Notes: a model not told the origin generated them from the letters alone. Positions 1-10,761 are shown, numbered from the stretch's first letter. The stretch is DNA of 64,000 bases from Candidatus Bathyarchaeota archaeon (GCA_963769425.1 CAVYLP010000006.1:544001-608000); one strand, 5' to 3'. A program made the numbers and translations.

Positions 1-954
1 CTCTCCCTGGATGTTCGGCCGGTAGGAGGTGGGGCTCTCCCTGAACTTTGGCTCGTGGACTGCTGCGGCTTCCGCGAACATGATGACCCTATGGGAAGGG
101 TGCACAACCGGGAAGGATTCCGGCAACACAAATTCAACCACGTCGGCCCCGTTCCTCTTCAACTTCTCCGCCGTCTCGGCGTAGTTCCGGGTGATATCAG
201 CGGTCCCAGCCTCGTTGAAGTAGCTGGTTGGGAGACCGATTCTAGGTTTTCTGATCCGCTTAGGTGGTTCCATCCCGGTCAGGGCTTGGAGCGTCATAGA
301 GAGGTCCTCTACACTTCTCGCCATGAAGCCGACGTGGTCGAGGCTCCACGACTGTGGGTAGACGCCCTCCGTGCTCAGGAGGCCATGTGTCGGCTTGATC
401 GCGGGAACCCCGCAGAAGGAGGCGGGGCGGGTGATTGAGCCGCCGGTCTGTGTACCGAAGGCTAGGGGGCACATCCGAGACGCGACGGCGGCCGCGGAGC
501 CGCTGCTGGAGCCTCCTGGGGTGTACGCCGTGTTCCAGGGGTTTCTCGTTGGGGCAGGGTCGAGGTAAGCGAACTCGGTCGTCTCCGTCTTGCCGAGGAT
601 TATCGCGCCGGCCCTCCTCAGCTTCGCAACAACCACCGCGTCGGATTCAGGTATGTAATCTGAGAACAGGGGGGACCCCATCGTCGTCCTCAGCCCCTTC
701 GTGTTGAAGATGTCCTTGACCCCGACGGGGATGCCATGCAGGGGACTCCTAAGCTTCCCCGCTGCTACCTCCTTGGTGAGGGCTTTAGCCGACCTCAGTG
801 CGCCCTCGGCGTCGACGGTTACCCAGGCGTCGAGCCTCGGTTCAAGCTCAGTGATTCGATCTAGGAGGGATTCGACCAACTCCGTGGGGGTCAGCTGCCC
901 GTTTCGCATTTTCTCCGCTGACTCGGTTACGGTGAGTCTATACGGCTCCACCAT
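1..954 (-). CDS. Amidase signature family enzyme (GatA/AtzE-like), 3' end runs off window
   Basis: Own translation: MVEPYRLTVTE...LHGIPVGVKDIF...GKTETTEFA...TRNPWN...PGGSSSGSAAAVA...GTQTGGSITRPASFCG (Lys-cisSer-Ser amidase signature). Confidence 0.93.
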   Translation of the reverse strand, partial: MVEPYRLTVTESAEKMRNGQLTPTELVESLLDRITELEPRLDAWVTVDAEGALRSAKALTKEVAAGKLRSPLHGIPVGVKDIFNTKGLRTTMGSPLFSDYIPESDAVVVAKLRRAGAIILGKTETTEFAYLDPAPTRNPWNTAYTPGGSSSGSAAAVASRMCPLAFGTQTGGSITRPASFCGVPAIKPTHGLLSTEGVYPQSWSLDHVGFMARSVEDLSMTLQALTGMEPPKRIRKPRIGLPTSYFNEAGTADITRNYAETAEKLKRNGADVVEFVLPESFPVVHPSHRVIMFAEAAAVHEPKFRESPTSYRPNIQGE

Positions 955-1135
955 AATGCCCCTCCTTTCGTGGCTCGCCGGCTGGCTCGTCGCCGGGCTC
1001 GAGAATATAGATATCCACCGCCCACGCCATCTCGGCCGTCTTAACGATGGCCTGCTCAGGCGGGTCGAGCTTGATGCCCAATCTGACCGCGGACTCTAGA
1101 TATTCCTTTATGTACTCTTCCTTCGTCTTCGCCAA
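938..1135 (-). CDS. Small protein overlapping amidase start; possible GatC/AtzG-like partner subunit
   Basis: 65 aa, overlaps amidase start, C-terminal LEPGDEPA resembles the DEPA motif of AtzG/GatC-like subunits. Confidence 0.55.
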   Translation of the reverse strand: MAKTKEEYIKEYLESAVRLGIKLDPPEQAIVKTAEMAWAVDIYILEPGDEPAGEPRKEGHYGGAV

Positions 1136-1206
1136 GGTGTCCCCCTCGGCGAGGTTAGGTCGAGCGGCTACTTATCGAATGTGGTCTGAGTTACACTGAG
1201 AGGAGC

Positions 1207-2097
1207 TTATTCCTGGGGAAGGCTCAGCCACTTGAGGTCCGCCTCGGCCGCTATGTAGCCGAAGCCCGTCCAGCCACCCGTGTCGAGGATCTCGTTGTAG
1301 ACTTCAACCGCCTTCTCCTCGCGCCCGTTGTAGGTGTACCAGTTGCCGACGCCGTAGCCCACGGTCGCGACCGCCAATGGCCCCTGCTCCCTCGCTTCAT
1401 CCATGACCTGCTCCGGCGTCACGATTCCCTTGTACATTAGGAGGAGCTTGTGGTAGTGCTGATTCTCGATTATGTCCATCGCCTCGGTGATGGGGGCGAG
1501 TAGGTCCTCTGCCTCCTGCTTCCGCTCGAGGAGGCGGAGGGTCATGTATGTCCAATGGGTGGTGGCGACGAGCTTGTCGGGTATCTCGCTCACCTTGAGG
1601 CACTCCTCGTAACAGCTGAGGGCTGATTCGTAGTCGCCGACGAGGTAGTAGGCGAGACCGAGGTGGTACCAGACGTTGAAGTGGAGGCTACTTACTGGTT
1701 GGTTGCGCTCGTTGGGTATACCGTCAGGCTCGACCTCGTCGACTGTTCCCTCTATGAGCTCCCCCGCGGTCTCCAGGTCGTCTATCGCTTGGTCGAAGAG
1801 GCGGAGGCTTATGAATCGGTGACCCCTGTGGCGGTACATCCTCGGATCATCGGGGTGGGCTTCGATTCCAAGGCTGAAGATTGAGGCAGCCTCGCGTATC
1901 CTCCCCAGGTAGGCTGTGCGTCTGCCGAGCCAGATTATGGAGTCTGCGTCCTCTGGCATCTGCTCCCATTTCTTCAGAGCCTCATCATAGAGGACTATCT
2001 GCTTCTCCACGACCTCGGGGCGAGGGGGCTGCTGGTTTAGTGGTTCTCCGAAGAGGCTGAATGCCTCCGGTGCCTCTGGTAGTTTAGGTTTGGGCAT
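1207..2097 (-). CDS. Tetratricopeptide repeat protein
   Basis: TPR-like helices (YRHRGHRFISLRLFDQAIDDL; WYHLGLAYYLVGDYESALSCY); start placed at MPKPKL. Confidence 0.8.
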   Translation of the reverse strand: MPKPKLPEAPEAFSLFGEPLNQQPPRPEVVEKQIVLYDEALKKWEQMPEDADSIIWLGRRTAYLGRIREAASIFSLGIEAHPDDPRMYRHRGHRFISLRLFDQAIDDLETAGELIEGTVDEVEPDGIPNERNQPVSSLHFNVWYHLGLAYYLVGDYESALSCYEECLKVSEIPDKLVATTHWTYMTLRLLERKQEAEDLLAPITEAMDIIENQHYHKLLLMYKGIVTPEQVMDEAREQGPLAVATVGYGVGNWYTYNGREEKAVEVYNEILDTGGWTGFGYIAAEADLKWLSLPQE

Positions 2098-2296
2098 GGA
2101 ATCACCGGTTTGATAAAGATACGCTGGTGGCATCTAATAAGACTCCTGAGTTCTTCTGACGTCGACAGAGACTCCCCAAAACACTTGGTAGTTAACATTT
2201 AATGATGTAAGTCATCAAGCAAAAGTCAATTATCCCTTCAAGGGTTGGGGAGAGTTGAAAACATTTTAATCATCAAATTGAGAGAAAAAAGAGCTT

Positions 2297-3490
2297 TTAA
2301 AATTGTTTTGACAATTCGTAGGCTAAGGCAAGATACACCTTAGCCTGGTCAACAAGGGTGTCGACGTAGACGAGTTCGTTTGGACCGTGCATGTGCTCAC
2401 CGGAGGGGCCGAACCCTATGGTGGGGATTCCCGCTTGTCGGTAGTAGGCTCCGTCTGTGCCCCCGGCCCACTCGACGAAGAGCTCTGGCTCCCGCTTGAG
2501 GGCGACCTTCACGGCTTTCTTGAAGGCGTCCCCGAGTTCTGAGTCAGGGTCGGTGTAGTTTGCGGGGGTGTAGATCCATTTACCGTCTTTGTCTCGGGGG
2601 GCTTCTATCTCCCAGCGCCAGTCTGGGTCGCCCTTTCCCGCTTCGTCTAGTGTCTGCTTGACCTCTGAGGCGACTGTATCAGGGGTCTCTCCAGGGATCA
2701 TGCGGCGATCGATGCTGATGGTGCACTCGTCGGGAACCTGATTGCCCGCTGAGCCGGCTTGGATGGCATTGACGCTGATGACGGGGGCCCCAATCCAGGG
2801 GTGCCACTTGTCTATGGGTTTCTCGAGGGCGAGGACGCCCTTGCTCGCTTTGGCTATTGCGTTGATGCCCTCGTATCGGGCGTAGGCTGTGTGGGTGGCG
2901 CGTCCCCTGAACTTGATCTTGAATCCCCATATGCCGCGTTCGGCTACCCGTAGCTTGAGGTTGCTCTTCTCCCCGATGACGACGTAGTCGGGGCGCCTGA
3001 GGTTACCCTTCGCCATCTCGTCGAGGAGTACCTTAGTGCCGTGTGTTGCCCCCTTCTCCTCGTCTGGGACGAGGTGTAGGGTGACGCCGAGGGGGAGGTT
3101 GAGTCCCTTGATTATACCAGCGACTTGCATCATGACCGCGCAGTTGCTCTTCATGTCGCAGCTCCCCCTCCCCGTGAGGGTGTTGCCGATCAGCTGGGGG
3201 TCGTAGGGATCGGTCTGCCACGCGTCTCGACTGGCGATGGGCACGGTATCGAGGTGGCCGTTGAAGGCGAGTAGCCGCTTTGCCCCCGGGTTGATGGTGG
3301 CGGTGAGGATGGGGCGCTCCTCGGGGCCGTAGAGCCGCGTCTCGACCCCTAAGCCCTCCATAATATCGCGGGCGAGGAGGATGACGCGCTTCTCCTCACC
3401 GGTCACGCTGGGGACTCTAATGAGTCTCTTCGCGGTTTCGACTATCTCGTCCTTGTTGATCCTATTCAGTGCCTCGTCGAGGGTGGGCAT
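2297..3490 (-). CDS. M20 family metallopeptidase/deacylase (ArgE/DapE-like)
   Basis: GHLDTV, GRGSCDMK, PDEE, GGTDG, HGPNE motifs. Confidence 0.92.
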   Translation of the reverse strand: MPTLDEALNRINKDEIVETAKRLIRVPSVTGEEKRVILLARDIMEGLGVETRLYGPEERPILTATINPGAKRLLAFNGHLDTVPIASRDAWQTDPYDPQLIGNTLTGRGSCDMKSNCAVMMQVAGIIKGLNLPLGVTLHLVPDEEKGATHGTKVLLDEMAKGNLRRPDYVVIGEKSNLKLRVAERGIWGFKIKFRGRATHTAYARYEGINAIAKASKGVLALEKPIDKWHPWIGAPVISVNAIQAGSAGNQVPDECTISIDRRMIPGETPDTVASEVKQTLDEAGKGDPDWRWEIEAPRDKDGKWIYTPANYTDPDSELGDAFKKAVKVALKREPELFVEWAGGTDGAYYRQAGIPTIGFGPSGEHMHGPNELVYVDTLVDQAKVYLALAYELSKQF

Positions 3491-3520
3491 AATACGTCGG
3501 ATTATGGTTGCCGGAGACGT

Positions 3521-5356
3521 TTATAGGGTCTCGGATCCCGCAACGGTCGCCCCAGCGCCCTTGGCCCAGGGGCTGATGAGGTCCTGGTGCTGGGCGTACC
3601 GTTGGTCGAGGAGCCAGTAGTGGCACCAGTCGTCACGGCTCCTGATGCCTCGGCCGAGGGCTTGGTTTGCGGCTCGGAAGGCGTCCATGGTGTACCATCT
3701 GTTTCCGAGGCCCATGCTTCGGCGGTCGTAGTAGGCGATTTGGGCGCGGACTAGGGGGTCGCCGTAGTTGGCATATGGGACGCCGACGAGGATGATGCCT
3801 CGACATTGGTCGTCTGGGAAGTTGCTCCCCTCACTATTTCTGCCGCGGAAGACGCATGTGAGGACCGCGCCCTCGGGTGTGACGGCGGCGGCCTTGTACC
3901 GGGTGACGGTGTCCTGGTTCATGCGGGCGTCCCGCCCCTCCCTGAATAGGGGCTTCCCCGCGAGGTAGGGTCTCCCCCCTGTGACCTTTACTAGCCCTGC
4001 GTGGGTCCAGGCGTCTAGGCTCCTCTCCATTAGGTCGCGTTGGGGGAAGAAGATTAGGGCGCCATTGGGGACGCCGACGAGGGCCTCGGAGATTGTCTCG
4101 CCTATGCGGAGGAGCATCTCGGGGCTCCTGTCTCGGTAGGTTGTGGTGACTCGTGGGTCGATTGTCATCTTGATCTTTTCGCTGGTCTGTATGGCGGGGT
4201 AGCTCCTGAGCTTGGCGCCGCGTAGGCCGAGGACCTCAGCGAATAGTTGGAGGGGGCTAATGGTACCGCTCATTATGAGTGTGCCCGCGGAGTCGGTGAC
4301 GACGGGGTCGATGGCGAGGCTAGGGTCGAGGCACCTGTACTCGAGCTGGTTTGAACCGTGGCTACCCTTCTGGTAGATTGCGACGTACTTGTCCTTGCGG
4401 CTCTCCATGAGGAGCTCGATGAACGCGAGGACTCCGTTTAGGTAGCTGAGGGGCGGCTCCCCCGCCTTCTCCTTCCTCCCCCTGATGGCCTCGACTGCTG
4501 GGGCATAGTGTTCGGTGAAGGCCGTGAGGTCTCCGCCGAGGGCCATAGCGACGTTCTCGTACATGTCCTCCGCCTTCACGAGGATGGGTTGGTCGGTAAT
4601 GATCTCCGCAAGGTGGTCCTCCAGCCTCTTGAGGGGGGTCTTGTTTAAACCAACAGATTTGAGTTCGTCGGAGGCAGCCGCGAGACTTCGGTCACTTAGT
4701 GTATCGCTGAGGGTCTCCTGTCCGACCTGGTCAGCGTTGTGCCCCTCGTCGAGGACGAGGAGCCTCCCCTCGAGGTCGAGGCCGGTCATGAGCCTGATTT
4801 TTTGGTCGAAGACGTAGGGGTAGGGGCAGACGGTGAGGCGCCTCGTCTTCGCGACCCTCCGTGCGAGGAAGTATGGGCAGAGTCTGGACCGCCTCCCCGT
4901 GGCGACTAAGGTCTCGACGGAGAGCACCTTCGGGAGTCCGGCAGGCGTTTCGTTAAACTCGGACCGGTAGGGGCACCGCTCCTCCTTCCTGAGGACTCCA
5001 CAGAGCTCCTGTGCCTCTCTGCTCGGTATCCCTCTGCAGTCGGGGTTCAGGCATAGGTGGTCCCGACTCGCGAGATTCACAGCTGTGTAGGAGGCGTTGG
5101 CGTGGGCGTTGATCTTCTCGACCTCGGCAAGGACTTGGCGGACCTGGTCGTGGGTCCTGGTGGCGTAGACTATAGGCTTGTCGAGGGGGAGGAGGGCACT
5201 GAGTGCTGAGACGGTTTTCCCGAAGCCGTTGCATGCCTCCGCTATGAGTGTGCCCCCGGCGCCCAGCGTCTCCTCTGCGTCGTTCATGAAGTTAACTTGC
5301 GGAGGATAGGGCTCGTAGGGGAAGAGGCTCCTCCAATCCTCGCTGGGCTCGGGCAT
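3521..5356 (-). CDS. XPD/Rad3/DinG-family Fe-S DNA helicase
   Basis: EACNGFGKT Walker A, Fe-S cysteines (LCLN...C...CPY...LCPY), DEGH, SGT, QALGRGIR. Confidence 0.92.
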   Translation of the reverse strand: MPEPSEDWRSLFPYEPYPPQVNFMNDAEETLGAGGTLIAEACNGFGKTVSALSALLPLDKPIVYATRTHDQVRQVLAEVEKINAHANASYTAVNLASRDHLCLNPDCRGIPSREAQELCGVLRKEERCPYRSEFNETPAGLPKVLSVETLVATGRRSRLCPYFLARRVAKTRRLTVCPYPYVFDQKIRLMTGLDLEGRLLVLDEGHNADQVGQETLSDTLSDRSLAAASDELKSVGLNKTPLKRLEDHLAEIITDQPILVKAEDMYENVAMALGGDLTAFTEHYAPAVEAIRGRKEKAGEPPLSYLNGVLAFIELLMESRKDKYVAIYQKGSHGSNQLEYRCLDPSLAIDPVVTDSAGTLIMSGTISPLQLFAEVLGLRGAKLRSYPAIQTSEKIKMTIDPRVTTTYRDRSPEMLLRIGETISEALVGVPNGALIFFPQRDLMERSLDAWTHAGLVKVTGGRPYLAGKPLFREGRDARMNQDTVTRYKAAAVTPEGAVLTCVFRGRNSEGSNFPDDQCRGIILVGVPYANYGDPLVRAQIAYYDRRSMGLGNRWYTMDAFRAANQALGRGIRSRDDWCHYWLLDQRYAQHQDLISPWAKGAGATVAGSETL

Positions 5357-5497
5357 CGCCTAGTAGGATACTGGTATCCAATATAAGCGGCGTGGATAGA
5401 AGGGATAAGATGATTAGAATATCTCCTAATTTGCTAAATCATTAAAATAATAAAATACTAATTTATTAATTAGTTAAAATAGTAAAATAGGTCGTAG

Positions 5498-6778
5498 GTG
5501 AGATCGTTGACCGAGTTAAATTTAGAGATGGCACTTTCTAATTACGTCGATTACGCCAATGACATCGAGTTAGTTCCAAGAGATATTATTTTACAGGAAG
5601 GGAATTTTATCAATGCGATAATTGGGCCTAGACGATCTGGGAAGACGTCTTTGATGCTCCTATACATGAAGAGCCTCGACGTTGAGAAAAGTAATAGGGT
5701 ATTCATTAATTGTGAAGACATCGCATTTGTCGGAATCACCGTAAACGATCTCAATAGATTAGAGGAGGCCATCTTTCGCGTATACAAACCCGATAAGACT
5801 AAAGACATATACCTATTCGTCGATGAGGTCCAAACTTTTCCGGAGTGGTCTAGGTGGGTTAGAACCCTCTTTGACCGGCGTAGATACAGAATATTCATAA
5901 CTGGATCAACGTCGGATCTATCTCTGGATAAACTTCCCTCCGAGCTCCGTGGTAGAGCCGTCAACACCTTGGTTTTACCCTTTTCATTTATGGAGTACCT
6001 GAAAACTAAGAGTGTGGCGGTCGAGGAGTACATGAAGCCTGATGAGACCGCGAGGGTTTTAGTGGCTCTCTCCGAGTATCTGGAATTCGGCGGATATCCG
6101 GAGATAGTGAAAAGGACGGATCTTTCAATGAAGCGTATAATGCTCTCCGAGCTGTACGCCACAGTGATACAGCGGGATCTTATCGATAGATATAAGATCA
6201 GAAAGACTGCTGTTTTCAAGGCGTTTGTGAATTCACTTTTCGGTTCAGCTTGCAGAGACGTTTCCATTCCTGCTGTCGTCGACTGGTTTGAGGCGCAGGG
6301 GAACAAGATTAGCAGTGTAACAGCGTCCAACTACCTAAGCTACTCACAATCCGCATTTCTTTTCTTCTTGGTTTTCCCATACTCTCGTAAGATAAAAGAG
6401 AGGAATACTAAACCGAAGTTATACGTTTCTGACTCCGGAATACTCGGGCTCTTCGACTCTGATAAGGGAAAGTTGTTGGAAAACGCTATAATGGTGGAGT
6501 TGATCAGACGACACGAGAACGTTCATTATTACCGGACAACGAGTGCCGATGTGGATTTTGTAATCGCTAAAGATAACAAGCCGCATGAACTCATTCAGGT
6601 CAGTTACTCTATAAATGACCCTGGAACGTATGCTAGGGAGATCAATTCTCTATTGGAGGCTAGTAAAAAACTGAAATGTGAGAGCCTTACAATCATCACT
6701 TTCAACGAAGAAAATAAAATCACACAAAATAGCAGAGTCATCAATGTAATACCCGCATGGAAATGGTTTCTGAAGTAA
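5498..6778 (+). CDS. AAA+ ATPase (AAA_14 + DUF4143, COG1373)
   Basis: GPRRSGKT, FVDEVQ, ITGS, LRGR, GGYPE, KLYVSDSG, LLEN, DVDFV..IQV; lower GC than flanks. Confidence 0.9.
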   Translation: MRSLTELNLEMALSNYVDYANDIELVPRDIILQEGNFINAIIGPRRSGKTSLMLLYMKSLDVEKSNRVFINCEDIAFVGITVNDLNRLEEAIFRVYKPDKTKDIYLFVDEVQTFPEWSRWVRTLFDRRRYRIFITGSTSDLSLDKLPSELRGRAVNTLVLPFSFMEYLKTKSVAVEEYMKPDETARVLVALSEYLEFGGYPEIVKRTDLSMKRIMLSELYATVIQRDLIDRYKIRKTAVFKAFVNSLFGSACRDVSIPAVVDWFEAQGNKISSVTASNYLSYSQSAFLFFLVFPYSRKIKERNTKPKLYVSDSGILGLFDSDKGKLLENAIMVELIRRHENVHYYRTTSADVDFVIAKDNKPHELIQVSYSINDPGTYAREINSLLEASKKLKCESLTIITFNEENKITQNSRVINVIPAWKWFLK

Positions 6779-6807
6779 AAAGAGGCCCTTAGACACACTG
6801 GCTCCGA

Positions 6808-7782
6808 CTATGTAACACGGGTGGCCTTAGTCAGCCTATATTGTAGGCGTGCGATTGTTGTTCTAAGAGCCTTGATGGGGCGGTGAGGTTTCTCGAATAT
6901 TCCCATGACTCCGTTGGGTTCGATCATGAGTATGAACACTATGAAGAGCATTGGGTAGAGGGCTTCGTAGTCGACAGCCTGTAATCCGAAGATGGCGATG
7001 GCGATAATGCCGAGTGCCTTCTGGGAGAAGGCGGCGAGGAAGCCCCCAATCACGGCTCCAGTGACGCTGTGGAGGCCACCCATCACGCTCCCCGCCATCA
7101 CGAGCACGAGGAATTGGTCGTTGTAGCCCAGCCCAGTGTACTGCCAGAGGGGGATCAGTCCCCCAGCTAGGCCTGCTAGCGCCCCGGTCATGAACCAGCT
7201 GAGGGTGTGTATTACATTGATGTTTATTCCGAGGCTCGATGCGAGTGGTTCGTCCTCGGCGACGGCCCTGAAGGCGATTCCCTGTTTCATTTTGGTGAAG
7301 AATAGGTAGAGGGAGACGACGAGTACAACACAGATTGGGAGGGTCACTAGGAGGACTCCAGGGTAGCCCTCCCACTGGAAGTCGCTCCCCATGAGGCTGA
7401 AACCAGAGGTAGGTGCACCTTGGCTGAATAGGAACCAGTAGCTGTATATCGAGACGAGGGATGCCAGCATCTCGGCGATGGCGAAGAAGGCGAATGTGAT
7501 CGTGATCTCGTGTGCGCCTGTCGCTTTTATTGGCCGCACTACGAGGAAGTAGAGGAGCAGACCCACTAATCCGCAGAATAACATGGCAAATGGGATCGCA
7601 GAGTAGGGATCAAACCCATAGATCTTAACGAGACTGAAACTTACTACTGTTCCTAGAGTTGCGATTGCGGTGTGCCCGAAGTTGGGGAACTTCTCCACCA
7701 TGTAGGTGAACGTGAACCCGACGCAGAGGATTATGACGACCCCCATCTGTACCAGGGTACCCACTACGAGGGTGGAGAGCAT
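6808..7782 (-). CDS. Branched-chain amino acid ABC transporter permease (LivH-like)
   Basis: GFTFTY..FPNFGH, GIAFRAVAEDEPLASSLGIN, AGLAG, MGGLHSVTGAVIGG. Confidence 0.85.
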   Translation of the reverse strand: MLSTLVVGTLVQMGVVIILCVGFTFTYMVEKFPNFGHTAIATLGTVVSFSLVKIYGFDPYSAIPFAMLFCGLVGLLLYFLVVRPIKATGAHEITITFAFFAIAEMLASLVSIYSYWFLFSQGAPTSGFSLMGSDFQWEGYPGVLLVTLPICVVLVVSLYLFFTKMKQGIAFRAVAEDEPLASSLGININVIHTLSWFMTGALAGLAGGLIPLWQYTGLGYNDQFLVLVMAGSVMGGLHSVTGAVIGGFLAAFSQKALGIIAIAIFGLQAVDYEALYPMLFIVFILMIEPNGVMGIFEKPHRPIKALRTTIARLQYRLTKATRVT

Positions 7783-7883
7783 CCTACCCTCCTAGGCTCG
7801 GGGGTTTAAAAAAATGTCGCAGGTATGATCCTAGCTCCCGCTGGGAGTTTGAAATGAGAAAAAATAGAAAGAGGGGGATTTGT

Positions 7884-10761
7884 TTACGCGATCTTGCGAC
7901 TGATCTGCATCAGGGCTACGATTGCGGCTAGTGCAGCTACCAAGCTTGCGCCGATTGCTGCGTAGACGAGCGTCGTGAGGCCGTTTGCTGCGGCTGCGGC
8001 GTTGTCTGCTGCGGTCTTAGCGTCGTTCGCTGCGGTAGTTGCTGACGTTGCCTGAGTGCTCGCGGCAGTTGCAGCGGCGCTCGCAGCTTGTGCTGCGGTG
8101 CTCGCGGCAGTTGCAGCAGCTGCTGCAGAGGTAGCGGCTGTCGAGGCTGCGGTGGCTGTGGTTGCGACGTTACCGATCGTGGCTGCAAGGCTGGTCACAC
8201 TAGTTGCTAGATCAGTGATCTGCTTTTGTAGAGCAACGATCTGCACATTACTCGTGCCCGTAGAAGTGGGCGTAACAGCGAAGCTGCCGCTTGCAATCGT
8301 GCTGCTATCTGTGCCGATCCACTTCCAAGTGTAAGTACCGTTAACAGCGTCATTTGCTAGAGTCATCGGGTTACTGCCAGCAGTCTGGCTTGAGTACGGG
8401 GCTGTAAACCAGTCACCCGTCTTAACCCAAGTCTTCAATGCGTCACCACTGAAGACAACGGCACCAGTAGGATCCATGATCTTCAGCATACTGCCGTAGA
8501 CCACACCCGTTGGGTCGTTGCCGAAGGAGTGCTCCAGCGTGAAGGAGATCGTTTCTCCTGCTGCGAAGGATGCCTTCCTAGGTGTAGCGACGACATGAGT
8601 TGGACCAATGACGAAGCTAGTCGTTGCCTTGAATGCACTGGAAGATGTGTCAGTTGCGTTGATGTAGTAGTTACCCGCACTAAGTTTTGTGCCGCTGGGT
8701 GATGCGATCCACCAAGCAGCGAGATTTCCACTGCCAGTGTTACCAGCAGTCCCGGTTATTACAGCGGGACCAGGAGTTGGCCAAGTGTTGTTTTTAACGT
8801 CCATTGTCCACCAGTTACCGATAACGCCGGTACTGGTCAAATTATAGAGGACGAAGTTTACACTAGGGCCAGATCCATCGAAGCCTTTGCCTGTTATAGT
8901 AACGTTGAAGCCGCTTGGGAAGGTCGTCGAGGAGGTTGTGATAGATGTACCATATGTTACGGTGAATGCCGTGGTTATCGGGATTTTAGAAGAGACATCA
9001 AACACTTTTATTGTATATATGCCAGGCGTCAGAGTGGGGATAGTTAGTTCAGTGGGGGGTAGAGCACCGCCAGTGTTGACGGACGCGCTTGAGACAAGCG
9101 TAGTCCAGGTGCTACCAGTACCGATGCTTACGTTGAAAGTGCCAGGGAACGTGAAACCAAAGCCTGTTAGGGTAGTGTGCCAACCAACAGGTCCGCTCGT
9201 ATCTGCAAGAGATATTAGAACATTACCGATATTGAAGGCAGAAGTGGCAGATAATGTCGCATTAGCGATGTTTGCATTGACCTTGTAGCTACCGGATGGC
9301 TGAAGTGGCACAGTAAATGTGCTGCTAAAGGTTCCATCTGCAAGAGTCTTTGTAGTTCCAAAGTTTGCAATGGTTGCAGTATTAGCGGTGTTGACGAGGT
9401 CAACAGACACTGTTATGCCAGAGACCCTCTCATAAGAGGCACCTGATACCGTTACGGTAGAGCCTTGTGCACCGAATGAAGGTGTCACAGTCACTGATGG
9501 CTGTCCTGTGATCTGGAAGTCTGCTGAAGCTGAAATAGCAGTACCGTGAGCCGTGACCGTGATGGTGTAGTCATCCTTTATGTTCTTGCCAGTCGGGACA
9601 ATAACATCAAAGGAGAATCTGCCAGATGGGTCAGCTGTTGGAATGTGCGATGGGTTGTAAACTTGCATGTACTGAGGTGTCATACCAGGCTCAGTGAGTA
9701 CAATGTCGCCTGAAGCTGGAGTGGGATGTTGGAATGTAGAACCTGGCTGGGAATCCGCGACCAAGAACGTGTATAATACTGCCAGATACCGCTGATGTTG
9801 GAGTGATACTGATTGTGGGTCCTACATTGAAAGTTGCGGTGTAGTATACACCGTCGCCATCAAGGGCTTCGATCGCTCCAGTTGAGGGGTTAGTTAATGT
9901 TGATGGAATAGTTACAGAGGTCTGAACGGAACCAACGCTGTTAGTTGTGACACGACCTAATGAGATCAGGGTCGCAGCAGTGAATGCGTAGTAACCGTAG
10001 CCAATGTTAATGGCTGCTCCATTAGCGGGTGTTCCTGCTGTTGTGAAAGTGATCGCAACAGCGCCAGTTATGTAGTTAATGCTGCCTGAGCTAATGGTAG
10101 TGCCAGTGATATCACCACCGGAGTCTGTTCCTACGGCAGTTCCAGCGACGTAAACCGTTACAGTCCCAGGCTTTACTAGCCCGTTGGCGAGTGTCCCAGT
10201 GAATCCCGTCGTAGAGCCGTCACCAGTAGCCAAGTTCTCATAAGGTGTACCAACTGTTGTAACAGGGGTCCAACCAGGAACTGGCGTATTTCCGTTGTTG
10301 TAAGCGATTTTAACGTCGATAGATCCTGAGAATCCGTAGAGATTGAGGGTGATAGAGTCACCAGGAAGTCCAGAGGATGAGGTCATCTTGATGTATGAGT
10401 TGACTGTGAATAGGGCACTGAAGGTATTAGCGGCTGAGTCCTTTATCCAAACATAATGGGCGCCGTTAGTAGCCTCTGGAACGTCGAACCAGATCTCATA
10501 GTTACCACTACTCTTTACAGTAGTGCTGTTCATGAGACCATTTACACCGTTCCATGCGTGTGTCACGTCATCCCAGTAGAGTTGGATGGTGGTCCCAGCG
10601 GGCTCACCCGTTCCAGTGACCTTTATGGTATCGCCCTTCTTTCCATTAGAAACGTTCAAGAAGGGACCAGTAACAATAGCATTAGAGAATATCGTAGATG
10701 GAATTAGAGCTAGCATCATTGAAGCAATTACTATCAATGGTAGAGCTTTCTTACCATTCAT
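7884..10761 (-). CDS. Large secreted, membrane-anchored surface (S-layer-like) protein; apparent +1 frameshift at ~9750
   Basis: Signal peptide MNGKKALPLIVIASMMLALIP; Thr/Ser/Gly-rich Ig/IPT-like repeats (G..G..VTV.G.GF); Ala/Thr stalk; C-terminal TM helix plus RKIA; the two ORFs join at VLGRGF-/-GSTFQH. Confidence 0.8.
8056..8117. repeat. 20-bp direct repeat (42-bp period) in Ala/Thr stalk-coding region
   Basis: gtgctcgcggcagttgcagc at 8056 and 8098. Confidence 0.8.

Noticed and set aside
5551-6330. 259-aa antisense ORF
   Set aside because: Shadow of the well-supported AAA+ ATPase
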